Assembly: GCA_951406725.2 (NCBI GenBank)
Contig: OX597830.1
Coordinates: 18,972,001-19,036,000 of the forward strand
Source: Octopus vulgaris
Taxonomy: Eukaryota
Length of the DNA stretch: 64,000 bases
Direction: 5' to 3'
Shown here: in pieces, positions 52,045-64,000 of the stretch
Layout: the number at the start of each line of letters is the position of its first letter
Numbering within the stretch: position 1 is the stretch's first letter
Program-made: the position numbers and the translations under genes
The notes under the pieces: generated by a model
Database searches by the model: none
What the model was told of the DNA's origin: nothing
What the model saw: the letters and a program-made list of their open reading frames with translations, nothing else

Positions 52045-52361
52045 TAACGAACTTTTAAAAACAAATTCTGTTAGCTTGCTTTCCTCAATTTCAGCTTTCC
52101 TTGACGTGTATTTATAGTGAATGTATAATGAAATGTAGAAATTGACGACTTAAAGTCTGTTCTCAGCATATTGGCATTGAAATAATTCTTCTATTCCCCT
52201 TGTTTATAAGTTATATATATATATATCAAGATTAATCAGCCGAAATTGCGAAGATGATCCGGTTTCTGACTGAAGATCGAAGGCTTCGAATGTCCCGTCC
52301 GTTTTTTGTATCGTCTTCTGTTTTGCGTTCTTGTCCCAGTTTGTGTTTTTTTTACATTTAT

Positions 52362-52439
<78 letters not shown>

Positions 52440-52454
52440 TAGATAGATAGATAG

Positions 52455-52509
<55 letters not shown>

Positions 52510-52572
52510 CATATATTTATACATTCACCCTTCAACTAAACGTCATGCTCATCCTATATTCTCTTTTCCCAG

Positions 52573-52667
52573 GTATGTGACATGCTGTGCTTTTTCTTTG
52601 GATGACACTCACCTAGCATCTGGATCCAATGATAAGACAATTAAAGTGTGGATCATGGGAGGCAACG
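52573..52667 (+). CDS. WDSUB1: WDSUB1 exon 7
   Basis: cccag|GTAT...AACG|gttagg; YVTCCAFSLDDTHLASGSNDKTIKVWIMGGN, the last WD40 repeat. Confidence 0.92.
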
Positions 52668-54139
52668 GTTAGGAGTAATTTATTAATTCTTTACCCCAAA
52701 ATACATCAAATACTCACCAATTGCTTATTGCATTGCTTTCAAAATTGATTAAAACCTGTGTCTCTGTGTACTGTTTATGTATCCAAACATGGATATAAGT
52801 GTTTATATGAATTTATATCTGTCTGTATGGCTGTCCGTCTGTCTGTCTGCCCGTCTGTCTGTTCGTTCATCTGTCTGTTTATCTGTCCATCCGTCTGTCT
52901 GTCTCTGTTTGTTCATCTGTCTGTCTGTTCATCTTTCCATCTATCTTTGTATTGATCTTTTACCAACCAACTAACCTACTTACCCACCTACTTACCTACC
53001 AACCTACTCACCCATCTACCTACCTACCTACCTACCTACCTACCTACCTACCTACCTACATACATACATACATACCTACCAACCTACCTATCTACTTACC
53101 TACCTATATATCTACCCACCTACCTACTCACCAGTGGTTGGCATTGGGAAGGACATCCAGCCATAAAAACCATGCCAAATTCAACCTTGCCGGTGCTGGT
53201 GCAACATAAAAAGTCACTCAGTCCACTTTGTAAGGTGGTTGGCATTAGGAAGGGCATCCAGCTGTAAAAACTATGCCAAAACAGACAGTGAAGTCTGATG
53301 CAATCTTCTGGCTTGTCAGCTCCTGTCAAACCATCCAACCCATGCCAGCATGGAAAATTGATGTTAAATGATGATGATGATGTAACTTGCCTGTAGGTCC
53401 TGTGCACCTACAGTTGAACCTCACAGTAGCAAGAGATTGACTCAAAAAAAAAAATATATATTATTAATCTCTGCTATGGTATTGAGTACTCTATTCTTCT
53501 GCAACAGTTAACACTCAACATGTATGTATGTATATATATATATGACTGGCATCTGTACCGGTGGAAAATTAAAAGCACCATTTGAGTGTGGCCATATATA
53601 TATATATATATACATATATACGCTGGGCTTCTTTCAGTTTCCATCTGCCAAATCCACTCACAAGGCTTTGGTCGGCCCGAGGCTATAGTAGAAGACACTT
53701 ACCCAAGGTGCCACGCAGTGGGACTGAACCCGGAACCATGTGGTTGGTAGGCAAGCTACTTACCACGCAGCCACTCCTGCACCTAATATATTAATTTTTT
53801 CTTTCTTTCCCTATCATGATCATCAACATTTAACACCTGTTTTCCATGCTGGCAGGGTTGGATGGCTTGATAGGAACTGGCTAGGCCAGGATCTGCACCA
53901 GGGTCCATAGTCTGTTTTAGCTTGGTTTCTATGGCTTGATGCATTTCTTAATGCCAACCACTTTACAGAGTGTACTGGGTGCTTTTTACATGGCACCATC
54001 AGCAGTGCTTTTTGTAAATTCATCAAAACTATTACAAATAAAATATTATTTTCATTTTCCTCCAACAGAAAGAATTCCACCCCACCTCACACACACATAA
54101 TTAAAACCGCTGAGTATTAAATATTAATTTCTTTTCCAG

Positions 54140-54391
54140 AGCCTTCTCCAGATGTCAGTAATGTCAGTAGCGCAGCCTCTCAGACATTTCCTTTCCCAAC
54201 AAAAATTTCTGTGAATTCTGCAAAGCTAGAGCAACAGAAACCAGTTTGCAAATGGTCTATCGATGATGTGTGTAACTGGCTTGAAAAGTCTGGATTAAAC
54301 GAGATTACTGAAATATTCAGAAAACATGCCATTGATGGGCATGAACTGTTAATGCTGTCAGATGATGTAATTGAGAAACAACTGGGAATAG
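54140..54391 (+). CDS. WDSUB1: WDSUB1 exon 8 (linker plus SAM domain)
   Basis: tccag|AG...ATAG|gtaaga; WSIDDVCNWLEKSGLNEITEIFRKHAIDGHELLML is a SAM signature. Confidence 0.92.
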
Positions 54392-56907
54392 GTAAGAAAT
54401 TATTGTCTTATTCAAAAAAGACTGAAGGAAATTTGGGTTGTTATTTCTAGCAGGTTGAAATACCATATAGGACAGGTATAGGCAGTCTTTGTCAAGAAGC
54501 AGGCTGCATGAGACATGGCTCATCATCAGGCGGGCTGCACTGCTAAAAAGATTCAAGGTAAATTTTTTGTTAGGTATTCTATTCAGCAGTGGAGGCACGT
54601 GGCTTAGTGGTTAGGGTGTCGGCATCACGATCGTAAGATTGTGGTTTCAATTCCTGAACCGGGCGACACGTTGTGTTCTTGAGCAAAACACTTCATTTTC
54701 ATGTTGCTCCAGTCCATTCAGCTGGCAAAAAATGAGTAACGCTACGATGGACTGGTGTCCCATCCAGCTGGGGAACACATATGCCATAGAAACTGGGAAA
54801 CCAGGCCCATGAGCCTGGTTAGGCTTTAAAAGTGCGCATTTATTTTTTTATTATTATTCTATTCAGAAGGTCTCACAGGCTGCAATTTGCCCATGGCTGG
54901 TGTAGAACCTCCTCCGGTTACTTGTCCAAATTATGATGGTTATTATTGTTTAGCCCTAGGTATTACCTGATCAAGCAGCCCTATGATTAAAGATGTTCAA
55001 GCTGTAACCATTCTGTGGTTTTTTGAGATGCAATACCTTTATGACTGTAAAGGCATATGGCTTAGTGGTTAGGGTGTTAAGCTTATGATCACAAGGTCGT
55101 GAGTTCGATACCTGGCAGCGTATTGTGTCTATTTTTTATTTTTTTAAAAATTTTATTTTATCTAGTTTCAGCTCACAAGCTGTGGCCATGCTGGGGCACC
55201 GCCATTTGGGCAAGATACTTTATTTCACATTGCTCCAGTCCACTCAGCTGGCAAAAATGAGTTGCATCGGTAATTCATCAGGCCAACCTTGTCACATTCT
55301 GTGTCAAGCTGGATCTCTCTGAGAACTGTGTTACAGTTATGTGCATCTGTGGAATACTCAGCCACTTGCATGTTAATTTCATGAGCAGGTTATTTCATTG
55401 ATTGGAACAACTGTAACCCCCGTTGTCATAACTTATGAAGTACCAGTTATTATATTACATACCCTATTAAGGCGGCGAGCTGGCAGAAACGTTAGCACGC
55501 CGGGCAAAATGCGTAGCTGTTACGTTCTGAGTTCAAATTCCGCCAAGGTCGACTTTGCGTTTCATCCTTTCGGGGTTGATAAATCAAGTACCAGTTACGC
55601 ACTGGGGTCGATGTAATCGACTTAATCCGTTTGTCTGTCCTTGTTTGTCCCCTCTGTGTTTAGCCCCTTGTGGGTAGTAAAGAAATATATATTACATATC
55701 CTTCTTATTTTTGTGAGATTGTAGGCCTCATTGACTTCCATAGTTTGATGATTGAATAGATTTGTGATGCACCATTACACCTGTGCCGAATCTTTACCTA
55801 GTTGCAGATCATACTGCACACTTTGATATGCATTGGATTATTATATGGGTTGCACCGTGGTAGACTGACTTTATTGCATTTTTCAATAGGCGCAGGAGTG
55901 GCTGTGTGGTAAGTAGCTTGCTTACCAACCACATGGTTCCGTGTTCAGTCCCCCTGCATGGCACCTTGGGCAAGTGTCTTCTACTATAGCCTTGGGCCGA
56001 CCAAAGCCTTGGGAGTGGATTTGGTAGACGGAAACTGAAAGAAGCCCGTTGTATATATGTATATATATGTGTGTGTGTATGTTTGTTTGTCTGTGTTTGT
56101 CCCCCTAGCATTGCTTGACAACCGATGCTAGTGTGTTTATGTCCCCGTCACTTAGCGGTTCGGCAAAAGAGACCGATAGAATAAGTACTGGGCTTACAAA
56201 GAATAAGTCCTGGGGTCGAGTTGCTCGATTAAAGGCAGTGCTCCAGTATGGCTGCAGTGAAATGACTGAAACAAAGAGAGTGATTTTGGTTCTGTATAGA
56301 TGTAAGTTCTGGTAAACAAGACAGTGTCTAAAATAATCTTTTACTTGTTTCAGTCATTTGACTGCGGCCATACTGGAGCAAATCGACCCCAGGACTTATT
56401 TTTTTTGTAAGCCTAGTACTTATTCTTTCGGTCTCTTTTGCCAAACCACTAAGTTACGGGGACATAAACACACCAACATCGGTTGTCAAGCCATGTTGGG
56501 GGGGACAAACACAGACACACACATACATATATATACATATATACGATGGGCTTCTTTCAGTTTCCGTCTACCAAATCCGCTCGCAAGACACTTGCCCAAG
56601 GTGCCACACAGTGGACCTGAACCCTCCACCATGTGGTTGGTAGGCAAGCTACTTACCACACAGCCACTCCTGTGCCTATACTGTTAAATATTTGTTTATA
56701 ATGTGCACTCGTGTATAACATACACCAGTAACTATGTGCTATTCCTGAGAAAAAAATATATCTTACATATAATATGCAGCTTTTATCTTATTTTTTGTAT
56801 TAGTATCATGGTGTATAGAAAGAGAGTGTTAAAATCTATCTATATTCCATCATCATAATGATATAAATTGATAAATGTATTGATATTCCTTTATCTTAAT
56901 GTAAATA

Positions 56908-57544
56908 CTGTAAATCCTCGAGTATAATCTACATTTTTTCCCCAAAATTTAAAGGTCAAAATCCCTAGTGCGTATTATATACGAAGTTGAAAATGAAAAT
57001 TATTTTCTAAGCAATGTCCGAGTTTCTATTTGCTGTCCGGCAATGTTTATTCAGACGCATTCTGTGATGTCGGGCGTGAAAATACCTTAAGCTAAGCCTG
57101 AAAGCAATGAAGTCATAAAAGAATCATCCATAACTTGCAGTGAGCAACATTTATTAAACGTTATTACTGTTATTATTGTTATTTCTTTATTTTCTGCAAA
57201 CAAAATACACAAAAAAGCTACACATTTGCATTATGTCATCATCATCATCATCATTTAGCGTCCGTTCTCCATGCTAGCATGGGTTGGACGGTTCAACTGG
57301 GGTCTGTGAAGCTGGAAGGCTTCATCAGGCCCAGTCAGATCTGGCAGTGTTTCTACGGCTGAATGCCGTCATATTTACAATAATAATAAAGGATGTTCCC
57401 TTATACATTTTTGCAAACGAAGGATGTTATATAGACCTCCTTGACTCAAGTTGGAGAAGGGGTGCGTATTATACACAAGGTTTAGGTTTTTCAGAGGTAC
57501 AGCCCCCTAAAAATCTCCTACGTATTATACTCGAGGATTTACGG
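56908..57544. mobile_element. Tc1/mariner-superfamily (pogo/Tc2-like) MITE with nested RTE-tail fragment
   Basis: TA-flanked TIRs CTGTAAATCCTCGAGTATAAT and ATTATACTCGAGGATTTACGG. Confidence 0.8.
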
Positions 57545-57647
57545 TAGTTAAAATCTATCTGTAGTCCTTCACTACAACAAATATTTAAATGCTTCTATAC
57601 GTTTTGAAATTGTTAAAATGTCCCAAATTTCTGGTTTCTTCTTTCAG

Positions 57648-57734
57648 AGGCATATGGAAGCAGAAGTAAAATTATTCGTGCAAGGGACCAACTTACTAAA
57701 CAAGTGTCTACAACTTCTCTGATGTCTCTAAAAG
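57648..57734 (+). CDS. WDSUB1: WDSUB1 exon 9 (end of SAM)
   Basis: ttcag|AG...AAAG|gtttgt; AYGSRSKIIRARDQLTKQVSTTSLMSLK. Confidence 0.87.
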
Positions 57735-57969
57735 GTTTGTTTTAGGATTACATTTGATCCTCTAGTATTTGGTTGTATTGTAACTGTTAACATTGTGTAT
57801 TGGCTATAGTTTGGGAGTGTTTTCTGTAGTGTTAATGTGACGTATTGGCTGTAGTGTTAATGTGATGTGTTGATGAAAGAAAATGTCGAAAAAATTTAAT
57901 TTCTTTCAGATATTGTTACTGTGATATAAGAAAATAATGGAAGATCTCTCTTTAAATTTGTTTCAACAG

Positions 57970-58035
57970 ATTCACCAGATGAATTTCTGTGTCCAATAAC
58001 CAGAGAAATTATGAGAGATCCAGTGATTGCTTCAG
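57970..58035 (+). CDS. WDSUB1: WDSUB1 exon 10 (U-box start)
   Basis: aacag|AT...TCAG|gtcagt; [21 protein letters not shown]. Confidence 0.94.
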
Positions 58036-60376
58036 GTCAGTGTAGAAAAGAGACATGGTATTACTGTCCGCTTGTAGCTGCTCTTTCTCAACATTGATAT
58101 TGGTTTCAAATTTCAGTACAAGGCCAGTAATCTCAGGGGAGTGAGTAAGTTGATCCCATAGATCCCTGTGTTCAACTGGTACTTATTTCATTGACCCTAG
58201 AAGATAAAAGGCAAAGTTGACCTTGGTGGAGTTTGAACCTGGAACATAAAGAGGGATGAAATGCTTTGTCTTTTATTCCTTTTAGGAGCCAATGAAATAA
58301 GTACCAGATGAAAAACCGGGGTCAGTATGATTGACTAAACCTCTTCCCTAAAATTTCAAACCCAGTATCCATAGTAGAAAGAAAAAAAATATATTATTAT
58401 TAATAAGTTGGTGAGCTTGCAGAATCGTTAACATGCAGGACCAAATACTTAGCAGCATTTCATTTGTTTACATTCTGAGTTCAAATGCCACAGGAGTTGA
58501 CTTTGCCTTTCATCCTTTCAGGATCAATAACATAAGGACCAGTTTCACCCTGGGATTGATATAATCAACTAGCCCACACCACCCCATAATTTCAAGCCTT
58601 ATGCCTATAGTAGAAAAGATTGTTATTACCCTGTGTTCCTAAGCAAAAGTAGGGTATTGTAATCACTCATCTTTGTCTGTTTGTCTGTAAAATTACTGGA
58701 AAACAGCTGAACGGATTTTCACCACATTTGGCAGAAATACTCTTTGGTGAGTGGTTTGAAATGGTGAACATTTGGTTTGATTATCTTAAAAAAAAAGAAA
58801 TGAAAAAGTTTTTTTTAAATCGAACTTACAAATTTCCCAATAAGCAAGTGGTCATATTATTTTGTTCACTTTCATTTTCATATGAATCAACCCTCGTCTG
58901 TGTGTGCGTGTGTGTGTATAGTGGTGGATTCAAGGGTTTCATTTATTCATAATTTGATTTCTTAATTTCACCAGAGTATAAATACCTATAATGGTGATAC
59001 TTAAGAAAAAAAATTAATTCAGTTGAATTAAAAAACATGGGTAAGCAATGCATTGTAAGCCACAATATAATTTGCGAAAAAATTTATCTGCGTGCAGGAG
59101 TGGCAGTGTGGTAAGAAGCTTGCTTCCCAACAACATGGTTCCGGGTTCAGTCCCACTGCTATAGCTTGAGGCCAGCCGAATCCTTGTGAGTAGATATGAC
59201 AGATGGAGACTGAAAGAAGCCTGTCATATATCTATATATGTATTTGTGTGTCTATGTTTGTCCCCCCACCATTGCTTGCCAACTGTTGTTGGTGTGTTTA
59301 CATCCCCGTTAATTAGCGGTTCGGCAAAAAGAAAACGATAAAATAAGTACTAGGCTTGCAGAGAATAAGTCCTGGGTTTGATTTATTCGACTAAAGGCGG
59401 TGCTCCAGCATGGCCGCTGTCAAAATGACTGAAACAAGTAAAAGAGTAAAAGAGAGTATGCATTGCCCTTCCGATGCCTTTTTTATTTCATCATTAATAT
59501 AATTCATGCTGCAAGCTGGCAGGATTGTTAGCACATTGGAGAAAATGCTTATTTATTTTTATGTTCTGAGTTCAAATTCTGCCGTGGCTGATTTTGCCTT
59601 TCATCCTTTAAGGGTTGATAAAATAAGTACCAGTTGTGCACTGAGGTTGGTGTAATTGACTAGAACCCTCTCCCAAAATTTCTGGCCCAGTGCTTATAGT
59701 AGAAAGGATTATTGTTAGGTGCAGGAGTAGCTATAGGCATTGTGGTAAGTAGCTTGCTTACCAACCACATGGTTCCGGGTTCAGTCCCACTGCATGGCAC
59801 CTTGGGCATGTGTCTTTTATAGCCTCAGGCCGACCAAAGCCTTGTAAGTGGATTTGGTAGACGGAAACTGAAAGAAGCCTGTCGTATATATGTATATGTG
59901 TGTATATGTTTGTGTGTCTGTGTTTGTCCCCCAACATCGCTTGACAAGTGATGGTGGTGTGTTTACGTCCCTGTAACTTAGCAGTTTGGCAAAAGAGACC
60001 GATAGAATAAGTACTAAACTTCTAAAGAATAAGTCCTGGGGTCGATTTGCTCGACTAAAGGCGGTGCTCCAGCATGGCTGTAGTCAAATGACTGAAACAA
60101 GTAAAAGAGTAAAGTGGTGAGATGGCAGAATCATTAGCACACCAGACAAAATGCTGCTAAGCATTTTGTCCATCTTTACATTCTGAGTTCAAATTCTGCT
60201 CAGGTTGACTTTGCTTTACATCCTTTTGCAGTTAATGAAATAAGTACTAGTTAAGCAATGGGATCGATGTGATCAACTTTCCCCTTCCTCTAAAATTGTT
60301 AGTCTTAAAACCATTATTATTATTATTATTATTATTTTAATTTTTATTAATATTATTATTATTATTATTATTATAA

Positions 60377-60425
<49 letters not shown>

Positions 60426-60439
60426 CATCATCATCATAA

Positions 60440-60735
60440 TTTTTATTATTTTGTTTGACTTTTGCTTTACATTTGCACAAGCTGGCTCCAAGTCTCACCC
60501 AGAGACCTCAAGAGACAACAAGTTGGAAGTTCATGCTGGTGTTATGCCTAGGGTGCCATATATTTGGTTTTGTACATAGCGTTGTTCTAGAGAATGTTTA
60601 AGAAACCATAAGAAAATTGTGTTTGTTTTAAAACTTGAGATTACAAAGAAAGTATTTTGCGTGGGATATGAGCAGTTCCCATGAGCACTATCTTTTGAAT
60701 TTCTGCCATTTTGGGGTTTCCTAGTATCTGAGCTA
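60440..60735 (-). mobile_element. 5'-truncated R4/Dong-like LINE of a second family, within (TAA)n
   Basis: AQILGNPKMAEIQKIVLMGTAHIPRKILSL* parallels IPGLPSLQEVQKIVLTGTSHVLRRALSM*; it has a 3' UTR and (TAA)n on both sides. Confidence 0.85.
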
Positions 60736-60759
60736 TTATTAATATTAATACTATTATTA

Positions 60760-60805
<46 letters not shown>

Positions 60806-60844
60806 TACTATTACTATTATTATTGCATTTTTATTTCTTAACAG

Positions 60845-60993
60845 ATGGCTACACTTATGAGAGGACAGCAATTGAGTCCTGGATCAAATCTGGCAGTATA
60901 CGCAGTCCAATGACCAATATCATTCTTCCTAGTCAACAGCTTATTCCTAATTTAACCGTGAAAATGTTAATCCAGAATCATGCCACAACGTAA
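60845..60993 (+). CDS. WDSUB1: WDSUB1 exon 11 (U-box end and stop)
   Basis: aacag|ATGGC...TAA; DGYTYERTAIESWIKSGSIRSPMTNIILPSQQLIPNLTVKMLI. Confidence 0.95.
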
Positions 60994-61309
60994 GGCCATG
61001 TATGTGAGCATGTGTGTGTGTGTGTATGTGTGTGCATGTGTGCAAGAGAAAGAGAGAGAGAGAGGGCATAGTTGAATGGTGTTGAAGTTCATTTCAGTCA
61101 AGGGATCCTTGGGTCAACCCCACAGTGTAGCACCTTGGGCAAGTGTCATTCGTTGTAGCTTTCGGTTGACCCAAGCCTTGTGAATTAAATTGACTTGACA
61201 GAAACTGTGATACGCTATCAAACAGACTGCATTTGTAAATTGAACTGCACACAATATCATGCTGATTCTGCCTGGAGATTTTTTTGAAGAAGTGTACAAG
61301 GGTTTGTGG

Positions 61310-61315
61310 AATAAA
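61310..61315 (+). terminator. Candidate WDSUB1 polyadenylation signal
   Basis: First AATAAA noticed after the stop codon, about 320 nt downstream; no transcript support. Confidence 0.35.
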
Positions 61316-62754
61316 CAAGTGGAATGCTGATGATTCAAACTGACAAGGGATTCATTGCTTTGTCTGTGTATCGGGTAAGTGGGTTATCAAGTAACTTAGT
61401 GTCATTGCAAGTTGGTGAATGCCTTTAAGTTTTAGCTTCTGTACCAGTCATATCACAATGTTAAATATGTATGCTTGCTTGTGTATCATCAACGACCTTA
61501 CCAACACTCATTAATGTACTTGCAGTACTTATGTGTGCTTAGTGCCTGTTGCTTTGGTGTTCCTATAGGAGCGGCTGTGTGGTAAGTAGCTAGTTTACCA
61601 ACCACATGGTTCCGGGTTCAGTCCCACTGTGTGGCACCTTGGGCAAGTGTCTTCTACTATAGCATCAGGTCGACCAAAGCCTTGTGAGTGGATTTGGTAG
61701 ACAGAAACTGAAAGAAGCCTGTCGTATATATGCATATATATATATATATATAGGCGCAGGAGTGGCTGTGTGGTAAGTAGCTTGCTAACCAACCACATGG
61801 TTCCGGGTTCTGTCCCACTGCGTGGCATCTTGGGCAAGTGTCTTCTGCTATAGCCCCGTGCCGACCAATGCCTTGTGAGTGGATTTGGTAGACGGAAACT
61901 GAAAGAAGCCTGTCGTATATATGTATATATATATAAGTGTGTGTGTACATGTTTGTGTGACTGTGTTTGTCCCCCTAGCATTGCTTGACAACCGATGCTG
62001 GTGTGTTTACGTCGCCGTAACTTAGCGGTTCGGTAAAAGAGACCGATAGAATAAGTACTAGGCTTCCAAAGAATAAGTCCTGGGGTCGATTTGCTCGACT
62101 AAAGGCGGTGCTCCAGCATGGCCACAGTCAAATGACTGAAACAAGTAAAAGAGTAAAAGAGAGTAAAGAGTAACTATAGCAACACAAATACTAACCCTAT
62201 ACAGTCACAATAATTATGTTCTGAACATCAAACAAAATTTTTAATAAAACAGTGTACGTTGTGTTCGTTTTCTTTCAGTTCTATGTTTACCTGTACGAGG
62301 TGTGTGCTTGTCTGTGCATGTGTACTTTTAATGTTCTCAGGGAGATTCAGTGTGACACAGATTGTAACAAGGTTCGTCCTTTGGAATACGGGCACAACTG
62401 AAGCAATGTGAAATAAAGTGTCTTGCTCACAGGCACCGCTGGGAATTGAACTCACAACCTCATGATCGTAAGCTGAATATCTTAACTATTAAGTCGTATG
62501 CCTCCACTTCTATACAACTATTAACCTATTAATATAGGAAATGCAAAATTGTTAGCTAAAAAGGTATTAATATTACAATGTATTCTTGTTCTCCTCATGC
62601 AAGCACACACCTCATATCTTTACAGTATCATTGTTATATTCCAAACTGATACAAAATGCTCTGTTGCTTATTTGGGAACCTGGACATTATTTTAGTTCAT
62701 TAACCCTTTTGTTATTGTATTTATTTTGAGATGCTCTGTGTTTCTTTCAATCAC

Positions 62755-64000
62755 TTTAAATATAACAAAGAATTTTGTAAAATAACTTAGTTATCATTAA
62801 GCTAGTGTAAGGAACATAAATTGTGACTAAGGTTTGGTGGAAGATTTCAATTATTTTAAATATAACAAAGAATTTTGTAAAATAACTTAGTTATCATTAA
62901 GCTAGTGTTAGGAACATAAATTGTGGCTAAGGTTTGGTGGAAGATTTCAATTATTTTAAATATAACAAAGAATTTTGTAAAATAACTTAGTTATCATTAA
63001 GCTAGTGTTAGGAACATAAATTGTGACTAAGGTTTGGTGGAAGATTTCAATTATTTTAAATATAACAAAGAATTTTGTAAAATAACTTAGTTATCATTAA
63101 GCTAGTGTTAGGAACATAAATTGTGGCTAAGGTTTGGTGGAAGATTTCAATTATTTAAAATATAACAAAGAATTTTGTAAAATAACTTAGTTATCATTAA
63201 GCTAGTGTTAGGAACATAAATTGTGACTAAGGTTTGGTGGAAGGTTTCAATTATTTTAAATATAACAAAGAATTTTGTAAAATAACTTAGTTATCTTTAA
63301 GCTAGTGTTGGGAACATAAATTGTGACTAAGGTTTGGTGGAAGATTTCAATTATTCCATCAATTACTTTAAATATAACAAAGAAGTTTGTAAAATAACTT
63401 AGTTATCTTTAAGCTAGTGTTGGGAACATAAATTGTGACTAAGGTTTGGTGGAAGATTTCAATTATTCCATCAATTACTTTAAATATAACAAAGAATTTT
63501 GTAAAATAACTTAGTTATCATTAAGCTAGTGTTAGGAACATAAATTGTGGCTAAGGTTTGGTGGAAGATTTCAATTATTCTAAATATAACAAAGAATTTT
63601 GTAAAATAACTTAGTTATCATTAAGCTAGTGTTAGGAACATAAATTGTGACTAAGGTTTGGTGGAAGATTTCAATTATTTTAAATATAACAAAGAATTTT
63701 GTAAAATAACTTAGTTATCATTAAGCTAGTGTTAGGAACATAAATTGTGACTAAGGTTTGGTGGAAGATTTCAATTATTTTAAATATAACAAAGAATTTT
63801 GTAAAATAACTTAGTTATCATTAAGCTAGTGTTAGGAACATAAATTGTGACTAAGGTTTGGTGGAAGATTTCAATTATTTTAAATATAACAAAGAATTTT
63901 GTAAAATAACTTAGTTATCATTAAGCTAGTGTTAGGAACATAAATTGTGACTAAGGTTTGGTGGAAGATTTCAATTATTCCATCAATTACTTTAAATATA
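62755..64000. repeat. 100-bp tandem satellite with 112-bp variants, over 12 units, runs off the window
   Basis: TATAACAAAG recurs at 62761, 62861, 62961, 63061, 63161, 63261, 63373, 63485, 63585, 63685, 63785 and 63885. Confidence 0.97.

Noticed and set aside
52262-52300. Possible hammerhead (CUGAAGA...GAAUGUC)
   Set aside because: No GAAA core and no convincing stem I.
62755-64000. Possible CRISPR array
   Set aside because: Units are contiguous and near-identical with no variable spacers, and there are no cas genes.

Overview
This is AT-rich, repeat-dense animal genomic DNA; the SINE, LINE and microsatellite landscape looks like a coleoid cephalopod (Octopus-like, an inference). Two spliced genes sit head-to-head about 5.3 kb apart. 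On the minus strand are the first four exons of aspartyl aminopeptidase DNPEP, whose exon 1 codes only the ATG; the gene runs off the left edge. On the plus strand is a complete 11-exon WDSUB1 (WD40-SAM-U-box), 1527 nt and 508 aa by hand assembly, with all junctions GT-AG and phase-consistent. The introns hold a near-full-length TAA-targeted R4/Dong-type LINE, mariner, Chapaev3-like and Helitron elements, MITEs, four SINE/LINE-tail families and two satellites. The most striking signal, invisible in the ORF track, is a set of type I hammerhead ribozymes from at least six different sequence families. They lie in Penelope-like or retrozyme-like inserts, mostly within (TA)n tracts and often as divergent inverted repeats. 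One is a TSD-flanked element joining a tRNA-type Pol III head to a hammerhead. Most ORFs in the supplied track are repeat artefacts.
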